From contig NC_014972.1 of assembly GCF_000186885.1 (NCBI RefSeq), positions 1,860,001 through 1,892,000 on the forward strand: DNA of 32,000 nucleotides. The letters are read 5' to 3'. This stretch comes from Desulfobulbus propionicus DSM 2032 (lineage in GTDB: Bacteria > Desulfobacterota > Desulfobulbia > Desulfobulbales > Desulfobulbaceae). The notes below the pieces were generated by a model. The model searched no databases and was not told the DNA's origin. It saw only the letters and a list, made by a program, of their open reading frames with translations. Below are positions 9,996-18,340 of this stretch, piece after piece. The number at the start of each line of letters is the position of its first letter. The stretch's first letter is position 1. Position numbers and translations under genes: made by a program.

Positions 9996-11401
9996 GGTTG
10001 CACCATGCCCCGATACAGGGGGCGCCCCTGCTGGGAGGTCAGGTTGTAGGCGCAAAAGGGGATGAGAAAACCCTGGGGCGATACCACGTGGATGCAGCAA
10101 CCGCGCAGCCGTTCGAGATCAAGATTCCACGCGTCCTGAAAGACCATGGCCGAAAGCGAAAAGGTATGGGTGCGGGCCCGGGCGAGGAAGCGGTCGAAAT
10201 CGTCCTGGGGCCGATCCGTGGCCGAGCAGGCGCAGGCGTCGGCTGGGGCCAGGGCAAGCGCGGGCAGGGACCACTGGCGGGCGGTGAAGCGGACGCTCTT
10301 TTCCCGTCCTTCCAGGGCGGTGGGAAGGGATGTCCTGGGCTCGCCGGTGGAACAGCAGGCTGCCTGCCCGCTGCCCAGAGGGGTCAGACGGCCATGCTCC
10401 TCGACCAGGAAGGTACCGTGGAAAGAGCACAGTGCATGTTCACAGGCCGGCGGGGCGAAATACTCGGCCAGCAGGGCTCCGTTGCTTTGCGCCTCGATCA
10501 GCTCGATCACTTCCGGCAGGGTCAGGCGCTCGGTGTCGGTGGGTGCCTGCGGATAACGGCCAAAATAGCTGATCGGTTGAAAATGCACCCCGCGCACCGT
10601 GGGCGCATGGCGGACGGCGTAGTCGATGATCGCCCCCACTTCGTGGGTATTGACCCCCGGAACCAGGGTCGGCACCAGCACCACCCCCAATCCGGCGGCA
10701 CCGCAGTGATGAATGGTCTGTTCCTTGATGGCGTGCAAATCGCGGCCGCGCAGGGTCTGGTGCGTGGAACGGCTCAGTCCGTCGAATTGGAGAAAGACCG
10801 AGGTTAGCCCGGCCTGTTTGAGGGAACGGGCGTAGTCCGGGTTTTCGGCCAGCCGCAGACCATTGGTGTTGAGCTGGATAAAGCCGAACCCCTTGTCCCG
10901 GCCCAGGGCGATGATGGCATCGAGATCGTCGCGCATGGTCGGCTCTCCGCCGGACAGCTGGATGTTGCAAGGGCCGGAGGCTTCGAGGATGCGGTCATAG
11001 AAGAATTCGATCCGCTCCAGGGAGGGATCGTCGTCCGCGCCGCTGGCGCCGGCGGCGGCGAAACAGACCGGGCAGCGCAGGTTGCACCGGGCGGTGATTT
11101 CGATCAGGGCGGTGCAGGTATGCTGCCCATGGTCCGGACAGAGGCCGCAGTCATGGGGGCAGCCGGCGGCAACGGCCGTTAAGGGCCGGCGGGGTGCGGA
11201 GGGTTTTTTCGGTCGCAGCCAGGTGGCAAACGGAACAGCACCCCGCCAAATCACCGTGCGGAAGGTGCCGTGATCCGGGCACTCCTTGACCAGGTAGACG
11301 GCGTCGCCCTGCTGTTCACGGATCGCCGCCACCCGTTTGAGACAGACCGGGCAGAGGCTGGCGGTCGACGACAGCAGTTCGATGGTGCGCTCAGCCCCCA
11401 T
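9992..11401 (-). CDS. trsS: Radical SAM protein, TrsS-like, with additional N-terminal and central Cys motifs
   Basis: CPVCLKR...VKECPDHGTFRTVIWRG; GCPHDCGLCPDHGQHTCTALIEITARCNLRCPVCFA (CxxxCxxC radical SAM); layout as in the tetraether-lipid-synthase/MJ0619-like superfamily. Confidence 0.85.
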   Translation of the reverse strand: MGAERTIELLSSTASLCPVCLKRVAAIREQQGDAVYLVKECPDHGTFRTVIWRGAVPFATWLRPKKPSAPRRPLTAVAAGCPHDCGLCPDHGQHTCTALIEITARCNLRCPVCFAAAGASGADDDPSLERIEFFYDRILEASGPCNIQLSGGEPTMRDDLDAIIALGRDKGFGFIQLNTNGLRLAENPDYARSLKQAGLTSVFLQFDGLSRSTHQTLRGRDLHAIKEQTIHHCGAAGLGVVLVPTLVPGVNTHEVGAIIDYAVRHAPTVRGVHFQPISYFGRYPQAPTDTERLTLPEVIELIEAQSNGALLAEYFAPPACEHALCSFHGTFLVEEHGRLTPLGSGQAACCSTGEPRTSLPTALEGREKSVRFTARQWSLPALALAPADACACSATDRPQDDFDRFLARARTHTFSLSAMVFQDAWNLDLERLRGCCIHVVSPQGFLIPFCAYNLTSQQGRPLYRGMVQP

Positions 11402-11846
11402 GGATCTGCTCCCGGGGCAGGCTGGGGTCGATGTTGTGCTCGGTCAGGAGGGCAAGCAGGGTTTCGCGGGCACGGATCATGATGTCGCCGCAGACTTCCG
11501 GCTTGCGTCCCCCCTGATAGGCGACGATGTCATCGCAGCGGATTCCTCCCCAGGCAGTGGCGCCTTGCTTGAACCAGTCCATGAACTGGGCGAGCATCAG
11601 GGGATAGCAGTCCAGGGGGTGTTCGGCAACGCTGCCCTTGGCCGTGTACAAGGCAATGATGCAGGCTGCGGCGCTGGCCACGCCGCACAGCTCGCCGCTG
11701 CCCGCGCCTTCGCACAATCCGGCCATGGCCCGAACCAGGGGAATGTTGTCCTCGCCCATGTCTTCGAGGGTGAGTTGGATCATGATCTGGCTGCAGCAGA
11801 ATCCCTGTCCAGCCAGTTGCATGATGCGCAGCGCGGTTTCATCCAT
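11391..11846 (-). CDS. C-GCAxxG-C-C family protein (DVU_1555-like)
   Basis: GQGFCCSQIMIQLTLEDMG...AMAGLCEGAGSGELCGVASAAACIIALY...WGGIRCDDI: conserved CC / CG / C pattern. Confidence 0.85.
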   Translation of the reverse strand: MDETALRIMQLAGQGFCCSQIMIQLTLEDMGEDNIPLVRAMAGLCEGAGSGELCGVASAAACIIALYTAKGSVAEHPLDCYPLMLAQFMDWFKQGATAWGGIRCDDIVAYQGGRKPEVCGDIMIRARETLLALLTEHNIDPSLPREQIHGG

Positions 11847-12585
11847 GGAAGGCCCCCTTGTCGGCGATCAGCGCATAGTAGCCCAGCGGCGCCGTGGCCA
11901 GGGCGCAGGCCGTGGTGCGGGCGGCGGTCGTATCCATGAACAGCGACCAGAACTGTTCCAGGCTGCCGTGGGAAAAAATGATCTGTCCGGCCAGTTGCTT
12001 GAGCAGGTCACTGCGGTCGCGGAGCAGGGCGAGGGAAAATCCGGCCTGGTGCAAGCCGCTGGTGATCGTCTCCAGGGGCAGGGCCTGGGCGATGCAACTC
12101 TTCAGGGGCGGCAGCTGCGGCCGCTGGGAATGCTTGCAATAGATGTCGGTGAGGAGCAACGAGCCGCCCGGCCGCAGCACCCGATGCATTTCCTTGAGGC
12201 TGGCCTGCGGGTTGTCGGTCAGCGACAGCGCGCATTCGCAGAGCACGGCGTCGAAGGCGGCATCCGCGCAGGGAAGGGCAGCGGCTGTTCCCTGGTGGAG
12301 GGTCGCGGCGGGCGCCCGGAGGGCGGCCTTGTCGAGCATGAAGGCCGAGGGGTCAAGACCGCTGGCATCCAGGGCGAATTCGTCCGCCATCAGCGCCAGG
12401 CTGTGCCCGGGACCACAGCCGATATCGAGCACCCGAGCACCCGGAGGCAGACGGCAGAAACCGAGCAGTTCCCTGGTCAGCTCCAGGCCCCCCGGCCGCA
12501 GGGTGCCGCCGGTCAGGGCGGACAACGGTTCCTGTTCGTACAGGGGAACAGAGGGGGAGGCCGGGCAGGAACGGATCGCGTTCAT
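11839..12585 (-). CDS. trsM: Class I SAM-dependent methyltransferase, TrsM/DVU_1556-like
   Basis: GARVLDIGCGPGHSLALMA...ALPCADAAFDAVLCECALSLTDNPQASLKEMHRVLRPGGSLLLTDIY; start at M58 of the track ORF (MNAIRS), 1 nt after upstream stop. Confidence 0.87.
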   Translation of the reverse strand: MNAIRSCPASPSVPLYEQEPLSALTGGTLRPGGLELTRELLGFCRLPPGARVLDIGCGPGHSLALMADEFALDASGLDPSAFMLDKAALRAPAATLHQGTAAALPCADAAFDAVLCECALSLTDNPQASLKEMHRVLRPGGSLLLTDIYCKHSQRPQLPPLKSCIAQALPLETITSGLHQAGFSLALLRDRSDLLKQLAGQIIFSHGSLEQFWSLFMDTTAARTTACALATAPLGYYALIADKGAFHG

Positions 12586-12586
12586 C

Positions 12587-12796
12587 TCATTTGTCCTCCA
12601 GCAGTTGTTCGACTTCCAGCATCTTGCCCATGGCCAGGCTTTCCGGCACGAGAACGAAGCCGCATTGCGGGCAGGCCATGAGTTCGACATTGAACACGGA
12701 ATGGAGATAACGGACATTGACCTTGGCCGGCTGCAGCGGTTGATGGCACGCCGCACACTGCCAATCCGTGGCCTCGATAAAGGAAAAGGTGCTCAT
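12587..12796 (-). CDS. Small double-CxxC redox/zinc-ribbon-like protein (DVU_1557-like)
   Basis: 69 aa: WQCAACHQPLQPAKVNVRYLHSVFNVELMACPQCGFVLVPESLAMGKMLEVEQLLEDK; start at M29 of the track ORF, ATGA overlap with upstream gene. Confidence 0.8.
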   Translation of the reverse strand: MSTFSFIEATDWQCAACHQPLQPAKVNVRYLHSVFNVELMACPQCGFVLVPESLAMGKMLEVEQLLEDK

Positions 12797-15099
12797 GGGG
12801 TCTCCTGGGGCAGGTGCATGCGGTGGCTGTAGCCGTTGTGCAGGATGTAGCCCGCCGCGGTCGGCTCGTATTCGATCCAATAGGTCACCCGTACCGGCTT
12901 GAGGCAGGCCAGGCGATGCTGGTTGGCCGGGTTGATCAGGTACCTGCCCGTGGCCTCGGCGTGATGAATCACCTTCCGCGCTTCGTCCTCAAGGATGTGG
13001 CGGCTGTTGAGCCGATCCATCACCTCCGGGCTGACCAGCAGGGAAAGGGCGGTGTGCTCGGGCCGGGAGGCGGCGGTTTCTCCCCACAGGTCGGTCAGCA
13101 ACTGCTCCTTCAGCCGGACTCGGTTCTCGTGCCGCAGGGAAAAGCCGGGATTGGCCCGGCCCAGGGGATCGCTGCCGTCGGACGCGGCAAAGAGATAGTC
13201 AAGCAGGTGGGCCACCGGCCGCCCGGCAGCGGCCAGATTGTCGCGGCACATGGCGCAATAGGCCAGGCCGCACTGTTCGCTCCGCTCCGCCTTGACCAGG
13301 GCGGCCTTGCGGCCGAGCTGCTGGTCGGCGAACTGCATCAGGCCGCCATAGCCGCAGCAGTCGGCCAGTTCGCCGTTGTAGGCGTGCTCGACAATCGGGA
13401 GGCCGAGCTTGGCGCAAAGGCTGCGCACGCTGGCGCGCATCGCCTGCTGCCGCCGGGCGGTGCAGGGATCGTGCAGGGCCAGCGGTGCGGTCGGCGTGGC
13501 GGGAAGGTCGGTCGGCAGTTCCAGGCCGTCGAGCACCTCCCACAGAGAAATGGTTTCGATGTCCGCGGTAAATTCCTTGAACACGGACAGACAACTGGAA
13601 CAGGCGACGATCACCCTCGGCCGTCCCAATCGTTCGATCTCGGTCTTGAAGTGGTGCAGGGTCTGCTGGAACACTTGCCGCTGTCCGGCCCAATGGGCCG
13701 GGATGCCGCAGCAGTCGAGCATCAGGCCGACGCCGCCTTCCAGGAGCGAGGCCAGCAGGTCGTAGGTTTTTTTGACCGTCTCGGGGGCTGATCCGGCCAG
13801 CTGGCAGCCGGGATAGAAGAGATGGCGGCTGGCGTTGGTTCCCGGCTGGTGACGACTGAGGCGGCAATACTCGCTTTGGCTGAAACGCATGTCTTCCAGG
13901 GCGAAATCATGCGGCGACGGCGGCATGTGATTGCTGTCGACCATGTCCTGCCGGGCGGCGCGGCACACTTCGGCCACGGGAAAATCGTTGGGACAGATCA
14001 CCGTGCACTGGCCGCAGAGGCTGCAGGCATTGATCATCCGGTTGGCGTTGCGGGTGCCCTGGACAATGGCCTGATTGTTGTACATCTTGCGCACCAGGGT
14101 CTTGGGATATTCGTTGTACTGCCGCAGATAGACGCACTGTTTGACGCATTCCATGCACTCGCAGCGGATGCAGCGGCTGGCCTCGGCCCGCGCCTCGGCA
14201 GCCGTGTAGCCGCTGTCCGGGTTGGCCGGAACGATTGCGGCCAGCGACGCATGACCGGTGGTGACGGTCACCATGCGGGTGGTGCAGCTGCCTTCCTTGT
14301 CGCGCTGGGCGGTGAGCGAAACCTTCTGCAGGAAGCGTTCGATCGACAACGCGGCCCGGCGGCCGTTTTCAACCTGCTGGATAACCGAAAAAGGATTGCC
14401 GGCCTCGGTGCCGCCGCCGGCAAAACAGCCGTCGCGGCCAAGGGCGAGGGTCAGGGGATCGGGGACACCCTGCGGCAAGGGAAGCAGGGCCGGGTCAACA
14501 TCGTCCCAATCGAAATACACCGCGTCGGCGTGGCCGATCAGGGCCTCGATGGCCTGCGGATCAAGGGAAGTTGCGGTGCGCAGCACAACGCCGTATCCGG
14601 CAAGGGTGGCTGCGGCTTGGGCAAGCGCATCGTTTGGCAGTGTCGATTCGGGCAGACGGCAGAGGCTGCCGCCAAGCGTGGCGCTGCCGGTGATCAGGGT
14701 GGTCGCCCGTCCCTTTCGCATGAGGTCGAGGGCGGCGGTCATACCCGAGAGGCCAGCGCCAATGATGGTCACCGCACCCTGTTTGGCGGGAAGTTTCGGC
14801 AGTTTGACCATGGTCTGGGTGGTGCTGACACAGTATTGTTCCAGCCTGCCGATGGCGAGCGGATCGCCGATTTCGCCGCGTTTGCAGAAAGGCCGGCAGG
14901 GCTGATCGCAGAGGCGGCCGACGATTTCCGGAAACGGCATGGTCCGGTCGAGGATTTTGCGGGCGTCGCGCACGTTGCCGTTGGCCAGGCAGGCCATGAA
15001 GGCGCGGACATCGACGTGAATGGGACAGGCGGCCGTGCAGAATGGCTGTTCTTCCTGGATGCAACGGGATTCGAGTTCTCTGAGCTGCGGTTGATCCAT
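12793..15099 (-). CDS. FAD/pyridine-nucleotide oxidoreductase with dicluster-binding, extra 4Fe-4S and C-terminal CCG (HdrB-like) domains (DVU_1558-like)
   Basis: 768 aa: PVHVDVRAFMACLANGNVRDARKILDRTMPFPEIVGRLCDQPCRPFCKR; AVTIIGAGLSGMTAALDL; CIRCECMECVKQCVYL; CSLCGQCTVICPNDFPV; YPGCQLAGSAPE...LDCCGIP...ADCCGYGG. Confidence 0.88.
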   Translation of the reverse strand: MDQPQLRELESRCIQEEQPFCTAACPIHVDVRAFMACLANGNVRDARKILDRTMPFPEIVGRLCDQPCRPFCKRGEIGDPLAIGRLEQYCVSTTQTMVKLPKLPAKQGAVTIIGAGLSGMTAALDLMRKGRATTLITGSATLGGSLCRLPESTLPNDALAQAAATLAGYGVVLRTATSLDPQAIEALIGHADAVYFDWDDVDPALLPLPQGVPDPLTLALGRDGCFAGGGTEAGNPFSVIQQVENGRRAALSIERFLQKVSLTAQRDKEGSCTTRMVTVTTGHASLAAIVPANPDSGYTAAEARAEASRCIRCECMECVKQCVYLRQYNEYPKTLVRKMYNNQAIVQGTRNANRMINACSLCGQCTVICPNDFPVAEVCRAARQDMVDSNHMPPSPHDFALEDMRFSQSEYCRLSRHQPGTNASRHLFYPGCQLAGSAPETVKKTYDLLASLLEGGVGLMLDCCGIPAHWAGQRQVFQQTLHHFKTEIERLGRPRVIVACSSCLSVFKEFTADIETISLWEVLDGLELPTDLPATPTAPLALHDPCTARRQQAMRASVRSLCAKLGLPIVEHAYNGELADCCGYGGLMQFADQQLGRKAALVKAERSEQCGLAYCAMCRDNLAAAGRPVAHLLDYLFAASDGSDPLGRANPGFSLRHENRVRLKEQLLTDLWGETAASRPEHTALSLLVSPEVMDRLNSRHILEDEARKVIHHAEATGRYLINPANQHRLACLKPVRVTYWIEYEPTAAGYILHNGYSHRMHLPQETP

Positions 15100-15135
15100 G
15101 GCAAAAGGGGAGCGTCTGGAGTGATGAACCGGAAA

Positions 15136-15168
15136 GGGGAGGCAGGAGGTACATTTCCCGACCTCCCC
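15136..15168 (-). promoter_or_regulatory. Intercistronic hairpin between mop and the downstream nine-gene block (two mutually exclusive stems)
   Basis: GGGGAGG 15136-15142 / CCTCCCC 15162-15168; alternative GGAGGT 15145-15150 / ACCTCC 15161-15166. Confidence 0.55.
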
Positions 15169-15200
15169 CTATTTAACCAGCTAACGGATGAGACAACACC

Positions 15201-17918
15201 TTATTTGGGCATGGCGGCCAGCACCTTCTCCGGCAGGGCCGGGAGGTGACGGATGCGTGCGCCGCAGGCGTTGTAGATACCGTTGATCACCGCGGCGTGC
15301 GGCGCGGTCAACGGCATCTCGCCCACGCCGGAAGCGCCAAAGGGGCCGTCCGGGCGCGGGGTTTCCACATAGAGGATCTCCATGTTGTCCGGGATCTGCT
15401 TGATGTACGGGAAACCGGCTCCGGCAAGCGTCGAGTGCTTCTTGATGTCCTCGAAGTCCTCGGTCAGCGCCAAACCGATACCCTGGGCCAGACCGCCGTA
15501 AATCTGGCCGTCGACCACCAGCTTGTTGACCACCTTGCCGACATCGGCCACGCAGACCATGCTTTCCACCGTGGTCTTGCCGGTGGCTTTTTCCACGGCC
15601 ACCTCGGCCATGAACAGACCATACATGTAGCAGCAAAACGGCTTGCCCTGACCGTTGGCGTCGCAGTCATTGGCCGGTGCCGTCCATTTGCCGCGCACCT
15701 TGGTCGGAAGACCTTCGGCCACCATCTCCTCATAGGTCCGGTAGCTGCCGTTGGCCTTTTTCATCGACTTGATCAGATCCTCGCAGGCCACCCGGATCGA
15801 CTGGCCGACCACCACCTGACTGCGGCTGCCGCCGGCAGGACCGGAGTTGGGGCACTTGCTGGTGTCGTTCATTACCAGCTTGATCTGGTTGACGGAAAGC
15901 GCCAGTGGCCGCAGGGCCTCGTGGGCGGTGGCCAGGGTTCCCATGTCCGCGCCTTGGCCATGATCCTCCCAGGCGTTGTAGACGGTCACCGTGCCGTCGG
16001 GATGCAGCTCGACATCGGTTTCGGCGGTGTCGGGGCCATCCAGACCGGCACCGTAGATGCCGATGGCCACGCCGACGCCTTTCTTGACGGCATCGGTGGA
16101 TTCCGCCGCCACCCGTTTCTTGGCCGCCTCATATTTGGGCCGCAGCTTGTCGATCATCTCCGGCAGTGAATACACTTCCGGGTCCTGGCCGGTGGGGGTG
16201 GTCGCTCCTTGGCGGTAGACGTTCTTATAGCGCAGTTCGAGCGGGTCCATGCCCAGTTTCTCGGCCAGTTCGTCCATCAACACCTCGGAGGGGAACTCGG
16301 CCTCGGGTGCGCCGTAGCCACGGAAGGCGGCGCCCCAGGCATGGTTGGTGCATACGGTGCGGCCTTCGCCACGGATGTTGGCGATATCGTATCCGGCACC
16401 GATGTACTGGGCGCCACGCAGGGTCAGCAGGTCACCGAACTCGGAGTAGGGACCGTGATCCACCGACCAGTCGGTTTCCATGCCCAGCAGTTTGCCGTCC
16501 TTGCTCGCCGCGTACCGCACCGTGGTCCAGAAGGGCGAACGCTTGCCGGTGTAGATCTGCTGCTGCGCATAATCGTAACACAGGTAGACCGGGCGGTTGG
16601 TGGCCATGGCGGCCGCACCCACCAGGGCTTCCATGGTCGGGCTGAATTTGTAGCCAAAGGTGCCGCCGGTGTTGTTCTGGATCAGAACCAGGTTCTCCGG
16701 TTCCACGCCCAAACCGGGGGCAATCATGTACAGGTGGAGATGGATGCCGATGGACTTGGAGTGGATGACCAGCTTGCCGTTGTCGTCATGGTAGGCATAA
16801 CCGACATCCGGTTCGATCGGCAGATGGGGTTGACGGCTGGTGTAGTAATCGCCCTCGACCACCACGTCGGCCTTGTCGAAGACGGGCTTGGTGTCCTCGC
16901 CCTTGGCGATCTTCTGGATGTAGTAGATGTTGGGGGTACCGGGATGGATCTCGATCGCATCCGGTTCCATGGCCGCCGGCGCGCTCATGTAGGCGGGCAG
17001 TTCTTCCAGCTCGACCTTGACTTTCTTGGCCGCGGCCTTGGCGTTCTTCTCGGTGTCGGCGCAGACAATGGCCAGGGCGTCGCCATACTGGAACACCTTG
17101 GTGTCGCACAGGATCGGGCGATCCCAGCCATCCCCCTTGTTGGTGGGGAAGGTGATCAAACCGGTGATCCGGTTCTTGCCCTTGATGTCCTTGTGGGTGA
17201 CCACCTTGAACACGCCGGGCATCTTCTCGGCCTCGGAGGTGTCGATGGAGAGAATGTTGGCATGCGAAACCTCGGCCTGAACCAAGGCCAGGTGGAGGGT
17301 GTTTTCCGGAAGCTGGAGGGCGGAGTCCGCACCGAAATCCCAGGTGCCGGTCACCTTGGCGGCAGCGCTGGGGCGCGGCATGCTGGTGCCCAGGACCTTG
17401 CCGTCCGCGGGTATCTTGTAGGCCAGATCCTGCATGCTGATCTCGCCTTTGAGCACCCGCACCGCGTCACGGACCGCGTCGACCAGCATCTTGTAGCCGG
17501 TGCAGCGGCAGGCGTTTTTATATTTCTGGAACCATTCGCGAATTTCTTCGCGGGACGGATCGGGATTGGCATCGATCAGGGCCTTGGCCGAAACGATGAA
17601 GCCCGGGGTACAAAAACCGCACTGGGCGCCGCCGTGCACCATCCAGGCCATTTGCAGGGCATGGAGATCCTGGGGGGTGCCGATACCCTCGATGGTGGTA
17701 ATGGCCGCGCCGTCGGGAACGCGTTCCATCTTGGTGATGCAGGAGCGGATCAGTTTGCCGTCCATGATCACATTACAGGCGCCGCACTGTCCCTTGCCGC
17801 AACCGACCTTGGTGCCGGTGAGGCGCAGGTTCTTGCGGATAACGTCGGACAGCAGGTCAGCACCCTCGGTGACCACCGACCGCTCGATCCCGTTGACGTA
17901 CAATGTTTTTTTCTGCAT
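15201..17918 (-). CDS. mop: Molybdenum-containing aldehyde oxidoreductase (xanthine oxidase family, MOP/AOR type)
   Basis: 905 aa from MQKKTLYVNG; 2Fe-2S motifs CGKGQCGACNVIMDGKLIRSC and CGFCTPGF...NACRCTGY; FGYKFSPTMEALVGAAAM; terminal FGASGVGEMPLTAPHAAV. Confidence 0.95.
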   Translation of the reverse strand: MQKKTLYVNGIERSVVTEGADLLSDVIRKNLRLTGTKVGCGKGQCGACNVIMDGKLIRSCITKMERVPDGAAITTIEGIGTPQDLHALQMAWMVHGGAQCGFCTPGFIVSAKALIDANPDPSREEIREWFQKYKNACRCTGYKMLVDAVRDAVRVLKGEISMQDLAYKIPADGKVLGTSMPRPSAAAKVTGTWDFGADSALQLPENTLHLALVQAEVSHANILSIDTSEAEKMPGVFKVVTHKDIKGKNRITGLITFPTNKGDGWDRPILCDTKVFQYGDALAIVCADTEKNAKAAAKKVKVELEELPAYMSAPAAMEPDAIEIHPGTPNIYYIQKIAKGEDTKPVFDKADVVVEGDYYTSRQPHLPIEPDVGYAYHDDNGKLVIHSKSIGIHLHLYMIAPGLGVEPENLVLIQNNTGGTFGYKFSPTMEALVGAAAMATNRPVYLCYDYAQQQIYTGKRSPFWTTVRYAASKDGKLLGMETDWSVDHGPYSEFGDLLTLRGAQYIGAGYDIANIRGEGRTVCTNHAWGAAFRGYGAPEAEFPSEVLMDELAEKLGMDPLELRYKNVYRQGATTPTGQDPEVYSLPEMIDKLRPKYEAAKKRVAAESTDAVKKGVGVAIGIYGAGLDGPDTAETDVELHPDGTVTVYNAWEDHGQGADMGTLATAHEALRPLALSVNQIKLVMNDTSKCPNSGPAGGSRSQVVVGQSIRVACEDLIKSMKKANGSYRTYEEMVAEGLPTKVRGKWTAPANDCDANGQGKPFCCYMYGLFMAEVAVEKATGKTTVESMVCVADVGKVVNKLVVDGQIYGGLAQGIGLALTEDFEDIKKHSTLAGAGFPYIKQIPDNMEILYVETPRPDGPFGASGVGEMPLTAPHAAVINGIYNACGARIRHLPALPEKVLAAMPK

Positions 17919-18054
17919 GAGGTACTCCCATGAAAGTTTGAGATAAATCAACGCGGCCTTGCCGCATGGTGTGAAATCAGGCCGAATGACGACCCCGCGG
18001 AAGGGGGGCCCGGCAGAGCCGTCCAATTCAGCCCGACAAACGGATACACGACAC

Positions 18055-18069
18055 GCAACCAGACAGCCT
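18055..18069 (-). promoter_or_regulatory. Weak sigma54-like -24/-12 element upstream of mop
   Basis: Minus strand AGGCTGTCTGGTTGC: GG-N10-GC spacing kept, TTGC perfect, -24 box only partly matches TGGCAC; 137 nt upstream of ATG. Confidence 0.25.
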
Positions 18070-18111
18070 GGGCCGCGTACCCCGCTTGCATTCTTGCCGT
18101 TTTGCGGATCA

Positions 18112-18149
18112 GAGGCGCAGGGTCACAAGGAGTAAAGGCCCTGCGCCTC
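18112..18149. repeat. 11-bp perfect inverted repeat in adh-mop spacer
   Basis: GAGGCGCAGGG (18112-18122) / CCCTGCGCCTC (18139-18149). Confidence 0.65.
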
Positions 18150-18171
18150 CTTTCCGGTGGAAACGTGAAAC

Positions 18172-18195
18172 GCGGGACGCGAAACCGCGCCCCGC
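18172..18195. repeat. Compact hairpin in adh-mop spacer
   Basis: GCGGG-A-CGCG-AAAC-CGCG-C-CCCGC, one mismatch. Confidence 0.6.
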
Positions 18196-18299
18196 AACGC
18201 CAACCACAGCGTAACTTGGGTGAAGAATGCCGGTGAAGCCCGCACAGGCCAAGTCAGGGAAAACAGGGGCAGGCTCCACCGGAGTTTGTGAAAGCGGTC

Positions 18300-18331
18300 G
18301 ATGGTTCCCGCGCGGGAGCACGGGAACCATC
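18300..18331 (-). terminator. Hairpin immediately downstream of the Fe-ADH gene (terminator/processing element)
   Basis: GATGGTTCCCG (18300-18310) / CGGGAACCATC (18321-18331), 11-bp perfect stem, about 10 nt after stop; no T-run on the minus strand. Confidence 0.5.
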
Positions 18332-18340
18332 TTGTTTGTC

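Noticed and set aside
9992-12796. Possible selenoproteins in the TrsS/redox-protein set
   Set aside because: The expected CxxC positions are encoded by Cys codons and no in-frame TGA extension with a convincing SECIS was noticed; only homolog comparison could reopen this.
13822-15249. 475-aa plus-strand ORF opposite the dicluster oxidoreductase
   Set aside because: Antisense shadow in high-GC coding DNA; the minus-strand protein has clear motifs and tight gene packing.
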